Assembly (NCBI GenBank): GCA_035577265.1
Contig: DATLVR010000126.1
Coordinates: 4,367-68,366, forward strand
Source of the DNA: Verrucomicrobiia bacterium
GTDB lineage: Bacteria; Verrucomicrobiota; Verrucomicrobiia; Limisphaerales; UBA11358
Length of the DNA: 64,000 nucleotides
Direction of reading: 5' to 3'
The notes beneath the pieces were generated by a model that was given only the letters and a program-made list of their open reading frames with translations, did not search any database and had not been told where the DNA came from. This document shows positions 29,564 to 39,342 of this stretch, one piece after another. Numbering within the stretch: the first letter of the stretch is position 1; every line of letters starts with the position of its first letter. A program made the position numbers and the translations under genes.

Positions 29564-30352
29564 ATGTCATTTTCCTTCACTTTTCTCGGGAGCGGCACGT
29601 CGCAGGGCGTGCCGTTGATCGGACTGGACTATCCGCCCGCGTTCCTGGCCAACCCCAGGAACTGGCGGACGCGCCCGGCGATTTACGTTGCCACCGGCAC
29701 GGTGAAACTCGTGGTGGACACGCCGCCGGATTTCCGGATGCAATGCCTGCGGGAGAAGATCAACTGGCTTGACGCCGTGCTGGTGACCCATGCCCATGCC
29801 GATCATGTTTTGGGCATGGACGATTGCCGGCGATTTTGCGACCTGCGCGGCGGCACGCTGCCCATTTACGCCAGCGAAGAGACGATGGTGCATCTGCGGC
29901 GCGTGTTCGTTTATGCGTTCCATCAAGGCCCATGGCCGCGCGGCTATTTCATGCCGGAAGAACGCGTGATCAGTGAACCCTTTGAAGTCGGCGATTTGAA
30001 GATCACGCCGCTGGACCTGCCGCATGGCCGGATGACGACGACGGGTTTCCTGTTCGAACAGGCCGGGCGCAAGCGGCTGGCCTACCTGAGCGATTGCAAG
30101 GAAATCCCCGCTGAAGCGATGGAAAAGATCGCAGGCGTGGAAATCGCCGTGCTGGACGCGCTGCGCCACAAGCCGCATCCGACGCATATGTGTCTCGACG
30201 AGGCCTTGACCGCCGCCCGCCGCATCAACGCCCCGCGCACCTATTTCACGCATCTCACTCATGATTACGACCACGATCTGGCGCAGGCGGAACTGCCGGC
30301 GGGCATTGAACTCGCGTATGACGGTTTGAAAGTGACGGCGGATCCATCATGA
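29564..30352 (+). CDS. MBL-fold metallo-hydrolase
   Basis: ATG 29564 ([17 protein letters not shown]) with the [10 protein letters not shown] motif. The track ORF opens at 29510. Confidence 0.8.
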   Translation: MSFSFTFLGSGTSQGVPLIGLDYPPAFLANPRNWRTRPAIYVATGTVKLVVDTPPDFRMQCLREKINWLDAVLVTHAHADHVLGMDDCRRFCDLRGGTLPIYASEETMVHLRRVFVYAFHQGPWPRGYFMPEERVISEPFEVGDLKITPLDLPHGRMTTTGFLFEQAGRKRLAYLSDCKEIPAEAMEKIAGVEIAVLDALRHKPHPTHMCLDEALTAARRINAPRTYFTHLTHDYDHDLAQAELPAGIELAYDGLKVTADPS

Positions 30353-30437
30353 AACCAACGGGAAAATCATCCAGGTGGTTTAGTTTTCAGAAAATTGAAT
30401 TGAACCCGCCGCCGGCCGCAAGGTCAAATCACGAGTT

Positions 30438-32051
30438 ATGAGATCATTGCCGCTGCTGCTGCTCGCCTTCATCCCGTTGCTGGCCCGTGCCGGGGGCGAG
30501 GAAGTGGTGGTCGTCTACAATAGCAGCATGCCGGAATCGAAAATGGTGGCGGAACATTACGCTCACGCACGGCAGGTGCCGGCGAAACAGGTCTACGGCT
30601 TCAAGCTGCCGGTGACAGAAGAAATTTCGCGGACCGAATTTCGCGATGACCTTCAGTTACCGCTCGCCAAAAAGCTGGAGAAGGATGGCCTCTGGAAATT
30701 TGGCGCCATCACGATTCCCGCGACGAACGGCCAGCCAAAACGCGTGGACCAAAAGGTCATCACCTCCAAAATCCGGTATGCCGTTCTGTGTTATGGGGTG
30801 CCCTTGAAGATCCGCCCCGACCCCGACCTCCACGAAGCGGTTCCCGAAAAAACCTCGGCAGAGATGCGTCGCAACGAGGCGGCCGTGGATTCGGAGCTGG
30901 CGTGGCTTCCGCTCGTCCGGATGGATTTTCTGCTTTCCGGGCCGTATCCCAACTGGGTTTACGGAGCGACCAATGCCGCGCTGTTCAACCCGACGAACGG
31001 CATTCTCATGGTCACGCGTCTGGACGGCCCCAGCCCGGAAATCGCGAGCGGACTGGTGGACAAGGCGCTGCAAGCCGAGCGCGACGGCCTGTGGGGACGC
31101 GCCTATTTCGACGCGCGCGGCTTCGGAAAATCAAACGCGTATTTTCTGGGCGATGAATGGATGCTGGGCGCGGCGAAACTCTGTCGCGAACTTGGATTTG
31201 AAACGACCGTGGATAATCAGCCGGAAACTTTCTCCGCCAATTTCCCTTTGAGCCACATTGCAATTTACTGCGGCTGGTATGACAGCGGGGTGTCCGGCCC
31301 GTTCGCCCTGCCCAGGGTTGAATTCATGCCTGGCGCCTTCGCGTATCACCTCCATTCCTACAGTGCGAACACCCTCCGCAGCCCGAATGAAAACTGGGTC
31401 GGCCCGTTGCTTGCGAAAGGCGCGACCTGCACGATGGGCAGCGTGTATGAACCGTATCTCTCGGGCACGCCAAACTTTGCCATCGTCATCGCGCTGATGG
31501 CCACCGCGGGTTCTTCGTTCGGCGAAGCCGCTTGCGCCGGGCAAACCGTCTTGTCCTGGCAAACGACCGTGGTGGGCGATCCGCTGTACCGCCCGTTCAG
31601 CAAATCGCCGCAGCTGTTGCACGCGGAGCTGACGCAGGAAAAAAGTCCGTTGCTCGAATGGTCTTACCTCCGGCTGGCGAACCTGGCGCTCACCCACGGC
31701 ACGCGCGCGGCGGCGGTTTGCAACCTGCTTGAAAATCTCGACGCGGCCACCAACAGCGCGGTGTTGACGGAAAAGCTCGCCGACCTTTATGCCGAACTAG
31801 GCAAGCCTTCCTCGGCGATCCTGACGTATCAAAACGCGCTGAAGCTGAACCCGTCACCCGAACAACGCATCCGGCTGCGACTGGCACTCGGCGAAAAACT
31901 TCAGGCACAGGATCGTTATGCCGAAGCGACGGAAAACTACCGGAAGCTTTTGGAGGAAGCTCCGGATTATTCCGGCCATATTTCCATTTCAAACAAACTG
32001 GCGCTGCTCCAGCAAAAGATCGCGAGCAACAACCCGCCCGCCCACCCTTGA
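30438..32051 (+). CDS. Secreted conserved hypothetical protein with C-terminal TPR-like region (TIGR03790-like, tentative)
   Basis: It has a signal peptide and an N-terminal VVVVYNSSMPESKMVAEHYAHARQVP pattern. The C-terminal repeats are helical. Confidence 0.5.
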   Translation: MRSLPLLLLAFIPLLARAGGEEVVVVYNSSMPESKMVAEHYAHARQVPAKQVYGFKLPVTEEISRTEFRDDLQLPLAKKLEKDGLWKFGAITIPATNGQPKRVDQKVITSKIRYAVLCYGVPLKIRPDPDLHEAVPEKTSAEMRRNEAAVDSELAWLPLVRMDFLLSGPYPNWVYGATNAALFNPTNGILMVTRLDGPSPEIASGLVDKALQAERDGLWGRAYFDARGFGKSNAYFLGDEWMLGAAKLCRELGFETTVDNQPETFSANFPLSHIAIYCGWYDSGVSGPFALPRVEFMPGAFAYHLHSYSANTLRSPNENWVGPLLAKGATCTMGSVYEPYLSGTPNFAIVIALMATAGSSFGEAACAGQTVLSWQTTVVGDPLYRPFSKSPQLLHAELTQEKSPLLEWSYLRLANLALTHGTRAAAVCNLLENLDAATNSAVLTEKLADLYAELGKPSSAILTYQNALKLNPSPEQRIRLRLALGEKLQAQDRYAEATENYRKLLEEAPDYSGHISISNKLALLQQKIASNNPPAHP

Positions 32052-32057
32052 CCTGGC

Positions 32058-32864
32058 ATGGCCATTTTCTTCGACACGCACGCCCATCTGGATTATCCGG
32101 ACTACGCGCCGGATTTGCCGGACGTCATCGCCCGCGCAGCGGCCGCCGGGATCACCAAGATCATCTCCATCGGCACCAGTCTTGAAAGCAGCGAACGCGC
32201 CATCCGGCTCGCTGAAAAACATCCCAACGTCTACGCCGCCATCGGCTGGCATCCGACCGAGGCGCTGGAGGCACCGGAGGATCTGCGCCCTGCCCTGCGC
32301 GAACTTGCCAGCCATCCCAAGGTCGTCGCCATCGGCGAAACCGGACTGGACTATCACCATTTGCCGAGCGCGATGCCGGAGTTCACGGCGGCGGATGATG
32401 TCCGCTATAAGCAAAAGCAGGCGGACATTTTTCGGCAGCAGATGGAAGTCGCCGCCGAACTGGGCTTGAACTGCGTCATCCATCAACGCACGGCGTTTGA
32501 CGACACGCTGGCGCAAATGAAGCCGTTCATCGGCAAAACGCGCGGGGTGTTCCATTGCTTTGGCGAAACGGTGGACCGGATGCGGCAGATATTTGAGATC
32601 GGCTCGCTGGTGAGCTTCACCGGCATCGTCACGTTCAAGAACGCGCAGAATGTCCGGGATGCCGTTGCCGCTGCGCCACTGGACAAATTCATGCTCGAAA
32701 CCGACTGTCCGTATCTGGCGCCGGTGCCATATCGCGGCAAGCGCTGCGAACCGGCTTATGTGAAGGAAATCTCCGAAACCATCGCGCAGATCAAACTGTG
32801 TTCGCTGGATAAATTGAGCGCGGCAACCGGCAAAACCGCGGCGGATTTTTTCCGGAAATTGTGA
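32058..32864 (+). CDS. tatD: TatD family hydrolase
   Basis: 268-aa ORF with the FFDTHAHLD metal-binding motif. Confidence 0.9.
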   Translation: MAIFFDTHAHLDYPDYAPDLPDVIARAAAAGITKIISIGTSLESSERAIRLAEKHPNVYAAIGWHPTEALEAPEDLRPALRELASHPKVVAIGETGLDYHHLPSAMPEFTAADDVRYKQKQADIFRQQMEVAAELGLNCVIHQRTAFDDTLAQMKPFIGKTRGVFHCFGETVDRMRQIFEIGSLVSFTGIVTFKNAQNVRDAVAAAPLDKFMLETDCPYLAPVPYRGKRCEPAYVKEISETIAQIKLCSLDKLSAATGKTAADFFRKL

Positions 32865-32963
32865 CGGTTCGGTCCACTCTCCGTCAATAATTGAGACACG
32901 TTGCCATCGCTTGCGGCTAAATCACCAAGTTATGAATGGAACGGGAGGTGCTGGCATTCCTCG

Positions 32964-33362
32964 ATGAAAAAATCAATTTTGAGGTTTGCGGCGATGCTCC
33001 CGGTCATCTTCCTGACCTCCTGCGCCACGCCGCCCCCGCCGGTCGCCTTCCACAACACGGACAGCACGGCGCTGGTCATCAAGTCTTTGGATGGTCAGAC
33101 CAGCCAGATGCTCCAACCCAGCACGTCCAGCCAGGCGAAAAACGACCAGATCCTGAGCATCGCCCAGACGCTGCCGCAACATCAGACTGCGGTGGTGATG
33201 CTGGAAAATTACACCGAGCCGAGATTGGGCCAGCAATTCCGGGATCGCGGCACTCCGCTCTTCATCTGCCTGCGCAGCCTGGGCTATCAGCACATCATCT
33301 TCGTTCAGGGCCAGAACGTGCCCGACCCCAATGGCCTGATCACGCTGGCCGAATACCACTAA
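32964..33362 (+). CDS. Hypothetical lipoprotein
   Basis: ATG 32964 gives MKKSILRFAAMLPVIFLTSC, a lipobox. Confidence 0.55.
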   Translation: MKKSILRFAAMLPVIFLTSCATPPPPVAFHNTDSTALVIKSLDGQTSQMLQPSTSSQAKNDQILSIAQTLPQHQTAVVMLENYTEPRLGQQFRDRGTPLFICLRSLGYQHIIFVQGQNVPDPNGLITLAEYH

Positions 33363-33416
33363 TCCGGCGGTTATACTTGAACCTCAGCGTCCGGCCGGTG
33401 AATAATCACCGGAGCA

Positions 33417-34178
33417 ATGCCTGAACAGCTGCAACTGCGCATCTACGGTGACGCCTCACTGCCAACCCTGATCTATCTGCCGGGCTTGCACGGTGACTGG
33501 ACGATTGTCGGCGGTTTTCGAAAACAAGTCATCGGCAAGGTTCGCTTCGTGGAATTCACCTACCCGCGCACACTGGACTGGTCGCTGGAAGATTACGCGG
33601 CGGCAATCGAGGAAGCGCTTGTGAAAAACGGCATCACCACCGGCTGGCTGCTCGGTGAATCCTACGGTTCGCAAGTCCTCTGGGCACTGGCGAGACGAGG
33701 AAAATTTCCCGCGCGCGGATTGATTCTCGCCGGTGGGTTTGTGAAGCATCCCATGCGCTGGGCCGTGCGGCTGTCGGAAATCATATTCGGCCGGATTTCG
33801 ATGTCGGTGCTGGTCTGGCTGATTTTCAGCTACGGAAAGATTGCCCGCCTGCGGTATCGCCATTCACCGGAAGTCATCGCCGACATTGACGAATTCATTG
33901 TCCGCCGGACGGACCTTGACCGGCGGGCCGCCCAGCACCGCCTCCATTTGATCGCGGCGAACGATCCGCGCCCGATCGCCCGCCGCACCTCGCTGCCCGT
34001 CTATTACTTGAGCGGCGGGATCGATCCCATTGTGCCGTGGCCATTCGTGCGCCGCTGGCTCAGGGAGCATTGCCCCGCGTTGCGCGAATGCAAAATCATC
34101 GGGACGGCCGACCACAACATTCTTGGCACCGCGCCCGCCAAGGCGGCCGGCCAGATCCTGGCCTGGATGCAGCGGTGA
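33417..34178 (+). CDS. Alpha/beta hydrolase fold protein
   Basis: 253-aa ORF with the nucleophile-elbow-like motif GESYGS. Confidence 0.7.
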   Translation: MPEQLQLRIYGDASLPTLIYLPGLHGDWTIVGGFRKQVIGKVRFVEFTYPRTLDWSLEDYAAAIEEALVKNGITTGWLLGESYGSQVLWALARRGKFPARGLILAGGFVKHPMRWAVRLSEIIFGRISMSVLVWLIFSYGKIARLRYRHSPEVIADIDEFIVRRTDLDRRAAQHRLHLIAANDPRPIARRTSLPVYYLSGGIDPIVPWPFVRRWLREHCPALRECKIIGTADHNILGTAPAKAAGQILAWMQR

Positions 34179-34232
34179 AGAATTTACGGTTGCAGCCGCA
34201 CGATTCCGTTCTATCTTCCGTCCAACAAACGT

Positions 34233-34499
34233 ATGACCAAACAGCAAGTCCTCGACCTCTACTTTCTCGACGCGCGCCACAAGCTCGTCGAACTCGCCGC
34301 CTTCCTCGACCGGGTTGAGCGCGCGGCCGGCAAGGATGATTTCCGGTTGCAGTCATTTCGCCAGGCGCTCACCCAATTGAACGGCAAAAAGAAAAACAAG
34401 GTGAAGGCGGCATTGCTGGCGTTTAGCGACCCGACAACGACGCCCATCGCCAAGGCGGCGGGCAAAGGCGCGGTTGGCGCCTACGTCGGCTCGCGCTGA
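34233..34499 (+). CDS. Hypothetical protein
   Basis: 88-aa ORF directly upstream of the TatD-related hydrolase. No family was recognised. Confidence 0.45.
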   Translation: MTKQQVLDLYFLDARHKLVELAAFLDRVERAAGKDDFRLQSFRQALTQLNGKKKNKVKAALLAFSDPTTTPIAKAAGKGAVGAYVGSR

Positions 34500-34504
34500 C
34501 CCTG

Positions 34505-34536
34505 CTATCAACCATCAACTATTGACTATCAACTAG
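34505..34536. repeat. Tandem heptamer array (intergenic)
   Basis: CTATCAA CCATCAA CTATTGA CTATCAA CTAG, immediately before GTG 34538. Confidence 0.7.
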
Positions 34537-34537
34537 C

Positions 34538-35338
34538 GTGCGCTACATCGAACCTCACGCCCACATGGTCAGCCGCACGACTGACGATTACGAGCGCATG
34601 GCGCTCGCCGGCTGCGAGGCCGTCTGCGAACCGGCGTTTTGGGCGGGCTTCGACCGCAGTTCGCCCGCCGGCTTTTACGATTATTTCTGCCAGCTCACGG
34701 AACACGAACCGAAGCGGGCCGCCAAGTTCGGCCTCAAACATTTCTGCTGGCTCTGCATCAATTCCAAGGAAGCCGAGGATGTGAAGCTCGCCGAAGAAGT
34801 CATCGCGCTCATCCCGCAATTTTTAAACCGTCCAAACGTCCTCGGCATCGGCGAGATCGGGCTGAACAAAAATTCGCGGAACGAGCTGCGCGTGCTGGAA
34901 ATGCAGGTCGAACTGGCCGCAACGCATGAGCAATTGATTTTAGTTCATACGCCGCATCTGGAAGACAAACTGAAAGGCACGCGGCTGATTCTCGACGTCT
35001 TGAAGAATGACCAGCGCATCCGGCCCGAGCGGGTGATCATTGATCATGTCGAGGAACACACGGTGGAAATGGTTTTGGACTGCGGCATGTGGGCGGGCAT
35101 GACGCTGTATCCCGAAACCAAATGCACGCCGGCGCGGGCGATTGACATTCTCGAGACGTTTGGCCAGGAACGTCTCTGGATGAACAGCGCCTGCGACTGG
35201 GGCGTGAGTGATCCGCTGGCCGTGCCGAAGACAGCCCTGGAAATGAAGAAACGCGGCCACGTTGCCAGCGCGATTGAGAAAGTCATTTTTGGGAATCCAA
35301 AAAGCTTTCTTAAGCAGTCGGGGAAGTTCAAGCTCTGA
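34538..35338 (+). CDS. TatD-related metal-dependent hydrolase
   Basis: 266-aa ORF with a GTG start and the N-terminal motif YIEPHAHM. Confidence 0.75.
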   Translation: MRYIEPHAHMVSRTTDDYERMALAGCEAVCEPAFWAGFDRSSPAGFYDYFCQLTEHEPKRAAKFGLKHFCWLCINSKEAEDVKLAEEVIALIPQFLNRPNVLGIGEIGLNKNSRNELRVLEMQVELAATHEQLILVHTPHLEDKLKGTRLILDVLKNDQRIRPERVIIDHVEEHTVEMVLDCGMWAGMTLYPETKCTPARAIDILETFGQERLWMNSACDWGVSDPLAVPKTALEMKKRGHVASAIEKVIFGNPKSFLKQSGKFKL

Positions 35339-35462
35339 GTTTGGAGCGCGGCTGTATGCAAAGCATCAGCCGCAGCACCCACTTCAAACCTTGTGACTTC
35401 CAATCGTCCAGGTGCTGCGGCTGGTCCTGCGGACACAGCCGCGCTCCGGCGGTGTTCCGAAA

Positions 35463-37439
35463 TCAGTTCGCCCAGATGGTTCCCGCCGAACTGACGGGCA
35501 TGAACTGGTTGTTGCCGATGTATTGCAGTTCCACCGCCGAGCCTTGAATGCCGGAAATCCCGCCGTTGACTCCGGGTGTGGTCGCGACCTGCGAGGCAGC
35601 TTGCGCGGAGTAAATTCCGCCGCCGAAGACCCCGGCCGCGAGCCTGCCCCCGTCAGCCGATGAAGTGATGCAGTTCCAGGCTTTGCCGGGCGTGCCGGGC
35701 TGCTGCGTCCACGTTACTCCGTAATTGATTGAGTTATAAATCCCGCCGTTTTGTGATGCGGCCACCAGCTTGCCGCCATCAGCTGAAGAGGCAATCGAAG
35801 CCCAGGTCAGGCTCGGCGCATTCGTCTGTTGAGTCCAGGTGGAGCCGGCATTGAAGGAGGTATAAATCTGTCCCCCAGCTTCCACTGCCGCCAGATATTT
35901 GCCATCCGCCGAAGAAGCCACCGAAGTCCAGCTTTTGGCGGGGGCGCTGCTTTGCAACCAACTACTTCCGGAATTGGTCCAAATGCTACCACCACTCGTC
36001 ACCACCGCCACCAGATTGCTCCCATTTGCCGACGAGGCGACGGAAAACCAGGTTCGGGGTGAAGCTTGCGAAGTCCAGCTGGCGCCGGAATTGCCGGAGA
36101 CCCAAATGTTGCCGCCATTGACCACACCCACCAGCCGCACGCCGTCGGACGACGAAGCGAGCGAACTCCAAGTCGTCGAAAGAGGAGCGCCTCCACCACT
36201 TCGAGACACCCAGGTGGAGCCGGAATTGCTGGACGTATAAAGGGTGCCATTATTGATTGCCGCGACCAATTTGACGCCATCTGCGGACGAAGCCACCGCC
36301 TGATATTGGGCAGGATTTGGCGAACCACTGCCGCTGGCTGCGGACCAGGTCTTGCCCGAATCTGTGGAAACATAAAGATTGGGTGAGACTCCGCCATTGG
36401 CGGCGGCCAACATTTTGGTGCCGTCGCCGGAGGAAGCGATGGATGCCCAGTTTTCATTCCCCACACTGGATTGCTGCCAGGAGGAATTCGTGAAGCCCGA
36501 AAAATTGCCGATGATGAACTGGTTGGAGTTTTGTAAAACCGTCCATCCGCCCGAACCTGCGCCGGAAATGCGCACGATGTCCACAGGGCTCGGTGTCGCC
36601 GGCAGTCTGACCGCCACCTCCAGCGTATTCGTCAGCAGGTAGCCGGTGTCAATCACCGCCTGCACCACCGTGCCGGTCGGCACCAGCCAGCCGACCAGGC
36701 CGTTGCCGAAAAAGCTGCCGGAAAAACTGTTGCCCCGCAGATTCGTGAACGTGTTCCCACCATTAAAAACGTTTGTTCCCGAGAACGTCTGGTTCGCGTT
36801 CAGCAATGCCACGTTTGACGAGAGCCGCGCATCGGCCACCGTGCCGGAAGTGATCTGCGAGCCGTTCAGATTCGCCAGCCCCGCCCCGTCGCCGCTGAAC
36901 GTGCCGCCGAAAAGATTTCCGCTGTTGATCAGCGCCACCGTGTTGGTGTAACCCGTAAACGCGCTGGCCGGTAGCGTCCCGCTCAACTGCGTCGAGGCCA
37001 GGGTGCCCAGCAGATTGCTGGCCGAGTTCGCAAAGATGGCGTAAGGCACGGGCAACAGCGGCTGGCGCGGCGTCAGGTTGGTGAAGGTGACCGCGCCGTT
37101 TGTGCGCACGGCGATTTGCATCCAGTAATTCGGCCCCCGAAAAATTCCCGGGCCGAAATCCAGCGTCGCGGTGAACAAGCCGCTGGACACCGCCACGGCC
37201 AGATTGGTAACCGGCACGGCCGCGAGTGCGCCGGTCTGGTTGGTTGGATAAAGCGAGAAGGTGAAGTCGTAAGTTCCCGTGGCCGGACTGCCGCTGTCGT
37301 TGAGCCGTCCCTGATACAGGAACGCGGTGCTTTGCGCCCGCAGCGTTTCTGCCGCTCCCACTGCGAGCAACAGACAAAATAACTGCCAAATAATTTTTCT
37401 AAGCATAATGGGGTTTACTATAGCACGAGAAGAGAACAT
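35463..37439 (-). CDS. Secreted protein with a tail-fibre-like N-terminal domain plus BNR/Asp-box repeats
   Basis: It has a signal peptide. The N-terminal ~110 aa align by eye with the N-terminus of the 38004-39251 product. At least five SxDxGxTW-like boxes are present (STDSGKTW, SSNSGSTW, SGNSGASW, SFNAGSTW, SINYGVTW). Confidence 0.75.
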   Translation of the reverse strand: MFSSRAIVNPIMLRKIIWQLFCLLLAVGAAETLRAQSTAFLYQGRLNDSGSPATGTYDFTFSLYPTNQTGALAAVPVTNLAVAVSSGLFTATLDFGPGIFRGPNYWMQIAVRTNGAVTFTNLTPRQPLLPVPYAIFANSASNLLGTLASTQLSGTLPASAFTGYTNTVALINSGNLFGGTFSGDGAGLANLNGSQITSGTVADARLSSNVALLNANQTFSGTNVFNGGNTFTNLRGNSFSGSFFGNGLVGWLVPTGTVVQAVIDTGYLLTNTLEVAVRLPATPSPVDIVRISGAGSGGWTVLQNSNQFIIGNFSGFTNSSWQQSSVGNENWASIASSGDGTKMLAAANGGVSPNLYVSTDSGKTWSAASGSGSPNPAQYQAVASSADGVKLVAAINNGTLYTSSNSGSTWVSRSGGGAPLSTTWSSLASSSDGVRLVGVVNGGNIWVSGNSGASWTSQASPRTWFSVASSANGSNLVAVVTSGGSIWTNSGSSWLQSSAPAKSWTSVASSADGKYLAAVEAGGQIYTSFNAGSTWTQQTNAPSLTWASIASSADGGKLVAASQNGGIYNSINYGVTWTQQPGTPGKAWNCITSSADGGRLAAGVFGGGIYSAQAASQVATTPGVNGGISGIQGSAVELQYIGNNQFMPVSSAGTIWAN

Positions 37440-37488
37440 GCCAACTTGGAAAAAGTTGCGGGTATCGGCGAAGCATTTCTCCTTTGTT

Positions 37489-37562
37489 CGTAGCAGCCGA
37501 GGTGACGAGGCTCCATCTAATTACGAGGAAAGTAAATGAGCCTCCTAACGTCGGCTGCTACG
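37489..37562. repeat. Imperfect palindromic element (intergenic)
   Basis: CGTAGCAGCCGAGGTGACGAGGCTC ... GAGCCTCCTAACGTCGGCTGCTACG. The outer 12 nt and inner 7 nt of the arms pair perfectly. Confidence 0.8.
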
Positions 37563-37566
37563 CAAA

Positions 37567-38007
37567 TTACGGGTTCTTTAAACGGAAGAACAGGTTGCCC
37601 GAAGGATTCACGAGGTTCAGAAAATTCGTGCCGCCCGTCGGCGTCGGGCTGCTGCTCGCCGACCAGCTGGCGATGGGTGTCGTCAGATTGCCGCTCTGGA
37701 TCAAGTTCCAACCGGCAACATCCTGCCAATACACCGTCACGGTATTGCCACTGTGGCTGATGAACAGTGTCGGCGCGCCGGGCGTCTGCACCACGTTGAT
37801 GAGACTCCAGAAACCGCCCGTCACGGCATATTGCCCGCCGCTCATCGCGCCACCCGCATCGGGCTGGCCGATGGTGCCGCTGACGGAATACTGTGAATTG
37901 GTGCTCGTGCCGCCGCCGCCGGCGATTTTATACCAATCCACGGAATATTGCTGGGCGCCAATTGCAGCGGCAGCCAATAGTGAACAAATGATCAAAAGCG
38001 TTTTCAT
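37567..38007 (-). CDS. Small secreted protein
   Basis: 146-aa ORF with a signal peptide and the Gly-rich motif YSVSGTIGQPDAGGAMSGGQYAVTGGFWS. The C-terminal module ends LFFRLKNP. Its start overlaps the upstream stop (ATGA). Confidence 0.65.
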   Translation of the reverse strand: MKTLLIICSLLAAAAIGAQQYSVDWYKIAGGGGTSTNSQYSVSGTIGQPDAGGAMSGGQYAVTGGFWSLINVVQTPGAPTLFISHSGNTVTVYWQDVAGWNLIQSGNLTTPIASWSASSSPTPTGGTNFLNLVNPSGNLFFRLKNP

Positions 38008-39251
38008 TGAATTGCCCTCAAGATGCCGTTGGTGAAACAGAGTAGGTTCGTCCCGCCACCCGGCACCAACACGGCCACATTGATTGTCAGCCCACCACTG
38101 ATGCCATCAACCGGGAGATTAGTCAACCCGGTGCCGTCGCCGCTGTGATACCCATTGAAACCGCCGCGGAAAAAATTGAACTCGTTCGTGAAGTAGAGCG
38201 ATGCCCCGACGTTGCCGGGTGCCAGTGCCAGCGGGTTCAAGTTGGTCAGATAATTTCCGTCGCCGCTGTGATAGCCGTTGAAACCGCCGCGGAAAAAATT
38301 GAACTCGTTCGTGAAATAGAGCGGTGATCCGACGTTGCCGGGTGCCAGTGCCGCCGGATTCAAGTTGGTCAGATAATTTCCGTCACCGCTGTGATAGCCA
38401 TTGAAACCGCCGCGGAAAAAGTTGAACTGGTTCGTGAAATAGAGCGACGACCCGACGTTGCCGGGAGCCAAAGCCAGCGGATTCAAGTTGGTCAGATAAT
38501 TTCCGTCACCACTGTGATAGCCATTGAAACCGCCGCGGAAAAAGTTGAACTGGTTCGTGAAATAGAGCGATGATCCGACGTTGCCGGGTGCCAGAGCCGC
38601 CGGATTCAAGTTGGTCAGATAATTTCCGTCACCGCTGTGATAACCATTGAAACCGCCGCGGAAAAAATTGAACTCGTTCGTGAAATAAAGCGATGCCCCG
38701 ACATTGCCCGAAACAAGACTCTGCGGATTCAGATTGGTCAAGCCGCCGCCGTCGCCGGTGAAGGTGCCACTTAAAGTCACGTCATTTTGATTGTTGACCA
38801 GAATCACCGCCGGTAATTGCGGCAAGGTCAGGGTGCCGCTGATGTTCGCGGCGGAAACTGAACCTGCCGATCCAGCCGACGTGGCGTAGACGGCATACGG
38901 CACCGGCAGGATTGGTTGGCGGGGATTCAAGGGAATAAAGGCCCCGCCGCCATTCGTGCGCGCCGCAAGCTCCAGCCAGTAATTCGAGCCATTGAAGACG
39001 CCGCCGAAATCGAGCGATGTCGCAAACAGTCCATTGCTCACACCCGTGGCCGTATTGGTCAATACACCAAACATCGTGCCGTTGGTGCTCGCATCGTAGA
39101 GCATGAAGCGCAGATCGTAACTGCCATTGGCCGGGCCGCCGCCGTCACTAAGCCGGCCGTTGTACGTGAAGGCCGTGCCTTGGGCGGCAGCAGAAAGGAT
39201 TAAGACCTGCGAAATAATGAAACCGCCTGCGAATAGGATTTTATTTTTCAT
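38004..39251 (-). CDS. Secreted tail-fibre-like protein with 5 x 41-aa tandem repeats
   Basis: 415-aa ORF with a signal peptide. Its N-terminal domain is paralogous to that of 35463-37439. The repeat unit is LTNLNPxxLxxGNVGxSLYFTNxFNFFRGGFNGYHSGDGNY. Confidence 0.75.
   Translation of the reverse strand: MKNKILFAGGFIISQVLILSAAAQGTAFTYNGRLSDGGGPANGSYDLRFMLYDASTNGTMFGVLTNTATGVSNGLFATSLDFGGVFNGSNYWLELAARTNGGGAFIPLNPRQPILPVPYAVYATSAGSAGSVSAANISGTLTLPQLPAVILVNNQNDVTLSGTFTGDGGGLTNLNPQSLVSGNVGASLYFTNEFNFFRGGFNGYHSGDGNYLTNLNPAALAPGNVGSSLYFTNQFNFFRGGFNGYHSGDGNYLTNLNPLALAPGNVGSSLYFTNQFNFFRGGFNGYHSGDGNYLTNLNPAALAPGNVGSPLYFTNEFNFFRGGFNGYHSGDGNYLTNLNPLALAPGNVGASLYFTNEFNFFRGGFNGYHSGDGTGLTNLPVDGISGGLTINVAVLVPGGGTNLLCFTNGILRAIQ
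38127..38741 (-). repeat. Coding tandem repeat, 5 units of 123 bp
   Basis: The units are near-identical at the DNA level, with a few substitutions per unit. Confidence 0.9.
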
Positions 39252-39342
39252 GGGCTGCCTGATTGATTGCGGGGTTTATCCTCTATCGGCGGAAATTATT
39301 CAATTCCGAACTTACCGCCGTCCGAAGTTCGGTCTGGAAAAT

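Noticed and set aside
38127-38741. Regularly spaced 123-bp repeats considered as a possible CRISPR-like array.
   Set aside because: The units are contiguous with no unique spacers, the period is a multiple of 3, and they sit in-frame in a signal-peptide protein. This is a coding tandem repeat.
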